This document shows positions 63,057 to 64,000 of a stretch of 64,000 nt of DNA, in pieces. The position numbers were made by a program, and so were the translations under genes. How positions within the stretch are numbered: position 1 is the first letter of the stretch; each line of letters starts with the position of its first letter. Source of the stretch: Monocercomonoides exilis PA203. Its lineage: Eukaryota > Protista > Preaxostyla. The notes under the pieces are model-generated. The model ran no database searches and had not been told where the DNA came from. It saw nothing but the letters and a program-made list of their open reading frames with translations. The stretch covers positions 682,001-746,000 of the forward strand of contig LSRY02000040.1 in assembly GCA_001643675.2 (NCBI GenBank), written 5' to 3'.

Positions 63057-64000
63057 ATGAGCGTCACCGAAAAGTTCACTGGTTTGCATACATTGCTGCA
63101 TTTGAATTTCTGGTAATTGCATTTCTTTCTTTCATTATAATTTAGAAGCATTGTTTGATGGACTTGAAGAGTGCTATGAGGAGGAACAAAAACAGAAAAT
63201 CGAAGAGATGAATGGATTAATTGAAGAAATGGATGAAGGAGAATTCATAACAGTTTTCACGAAAGATCTATTCAATAAAATTCACCAAATGATAGAAAAA
63301 GAGAAATTGTCATTGGAAGACGCAATCTTGTTGTTGAAGCAATCTGGATATTGCAAGGAATTGAAATGCTTTAATGATTATGCATTTAGTGAATCTTTAT
63401 TGAGTGATCGATTTCAGAAAATGATCTTTGATGAAAATGAGAAGAAGAAAGAAGAAAAGAACGAAAAGCGTCTGATTGACCTCTGTGAATGTTTTGCTTT
63501 GCTGTTTGAAGAACCCGTTTCAGAAGAATTGCTTTTTATCATTATGCCTTGCCTTCTGAAAGTTGCCTCGAAGAAAGAAGAAAACGAGGAAATTCAAAAA
63601 GAAGCGGAAATGGCTTTGCTGGCTTTAAGTAATGTTTACACATATTATGTATGTTCACTTCTATTTCATTTTTGAATTTATTTATTTTGTTTTTCTTGTA
63701 TTTTTATAAGGAAATAAGAAGAAAACTGTATCTGAATGAGATCAAAGCGATCATCAGATATCATCAGGAGCATCACAACCTCACTCGACTTGCCTTTCAA
63801 TCAGCTTGGCAATTTTTGATAAACAGATTTTTCACCAACATAAGCTTGGAAGAAGTGATTATGAATGAACTGCATTTTTCGAAAGAGGCAGCAAGAGAAC
63901 TGGAAGATCTGTCAAAGAGTGTTGACTGGAAGAGAAAAGAAGAGGGAAAAGGAGAAAATGAAGCAAAGGAAGTGCTTGTTATCGAGAGATGGCTTAATGT
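63057..64000 (+). CDS. Lineage-expanded alpha-helical protein family, copy 3 (runs off the window)
   Basis: MSVTEKFT, intron, ALFDGLEEC...QKIEEMNGLI; a second intron follows NVYTYY; then YHQEHHNLTRLAFQSAWQFL. Confidence 0.85.

Overview
AT-rich eukaryotic DNA with short GT-AG introns, the standard genetic code and long Ser/Glu homopolymer tracts. The gene families and composition best fit an oxymonad, most likely Monocercomonoides; this is an inference from recall, not a search. Two islands of intact genes (about 23.4-42.5 kb and 52-57.4 kb) hold a membrane-anchored unknown protein, a TOM1/GPR137-like multi-pass protein, a greatly expanded GSAP/Pigeon-like protein, a BUD22/SRFBP1-like protein, a 1,500-aa low-complexity protein and a 98-aa four-exon protein. 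The remaining blocks are rich in transposons and pseudogenes. They contain: (i) a complete but decayed DIRS-type tyrosine-recombinase retrotransposon (gag, RT, RNase H, MT, YR) with perfect 30-bp inverted termini; (ii) a 398-bp MITE with 121-bp TIRs and a TA target duplication; (iii) two 4-5 kb segments bounded by inverted termini that carry decayed host-gene copies and no recognisable transposase (candidate Pack-type gene-capturing elements, one inserted into a (TA)n tract); and (iv) three paralogues of a lineage-expanded two-intron gene family, each apparently head-to-head with a decayed partner gene. I recognised no tRNA, rRNA or CRISPR array.
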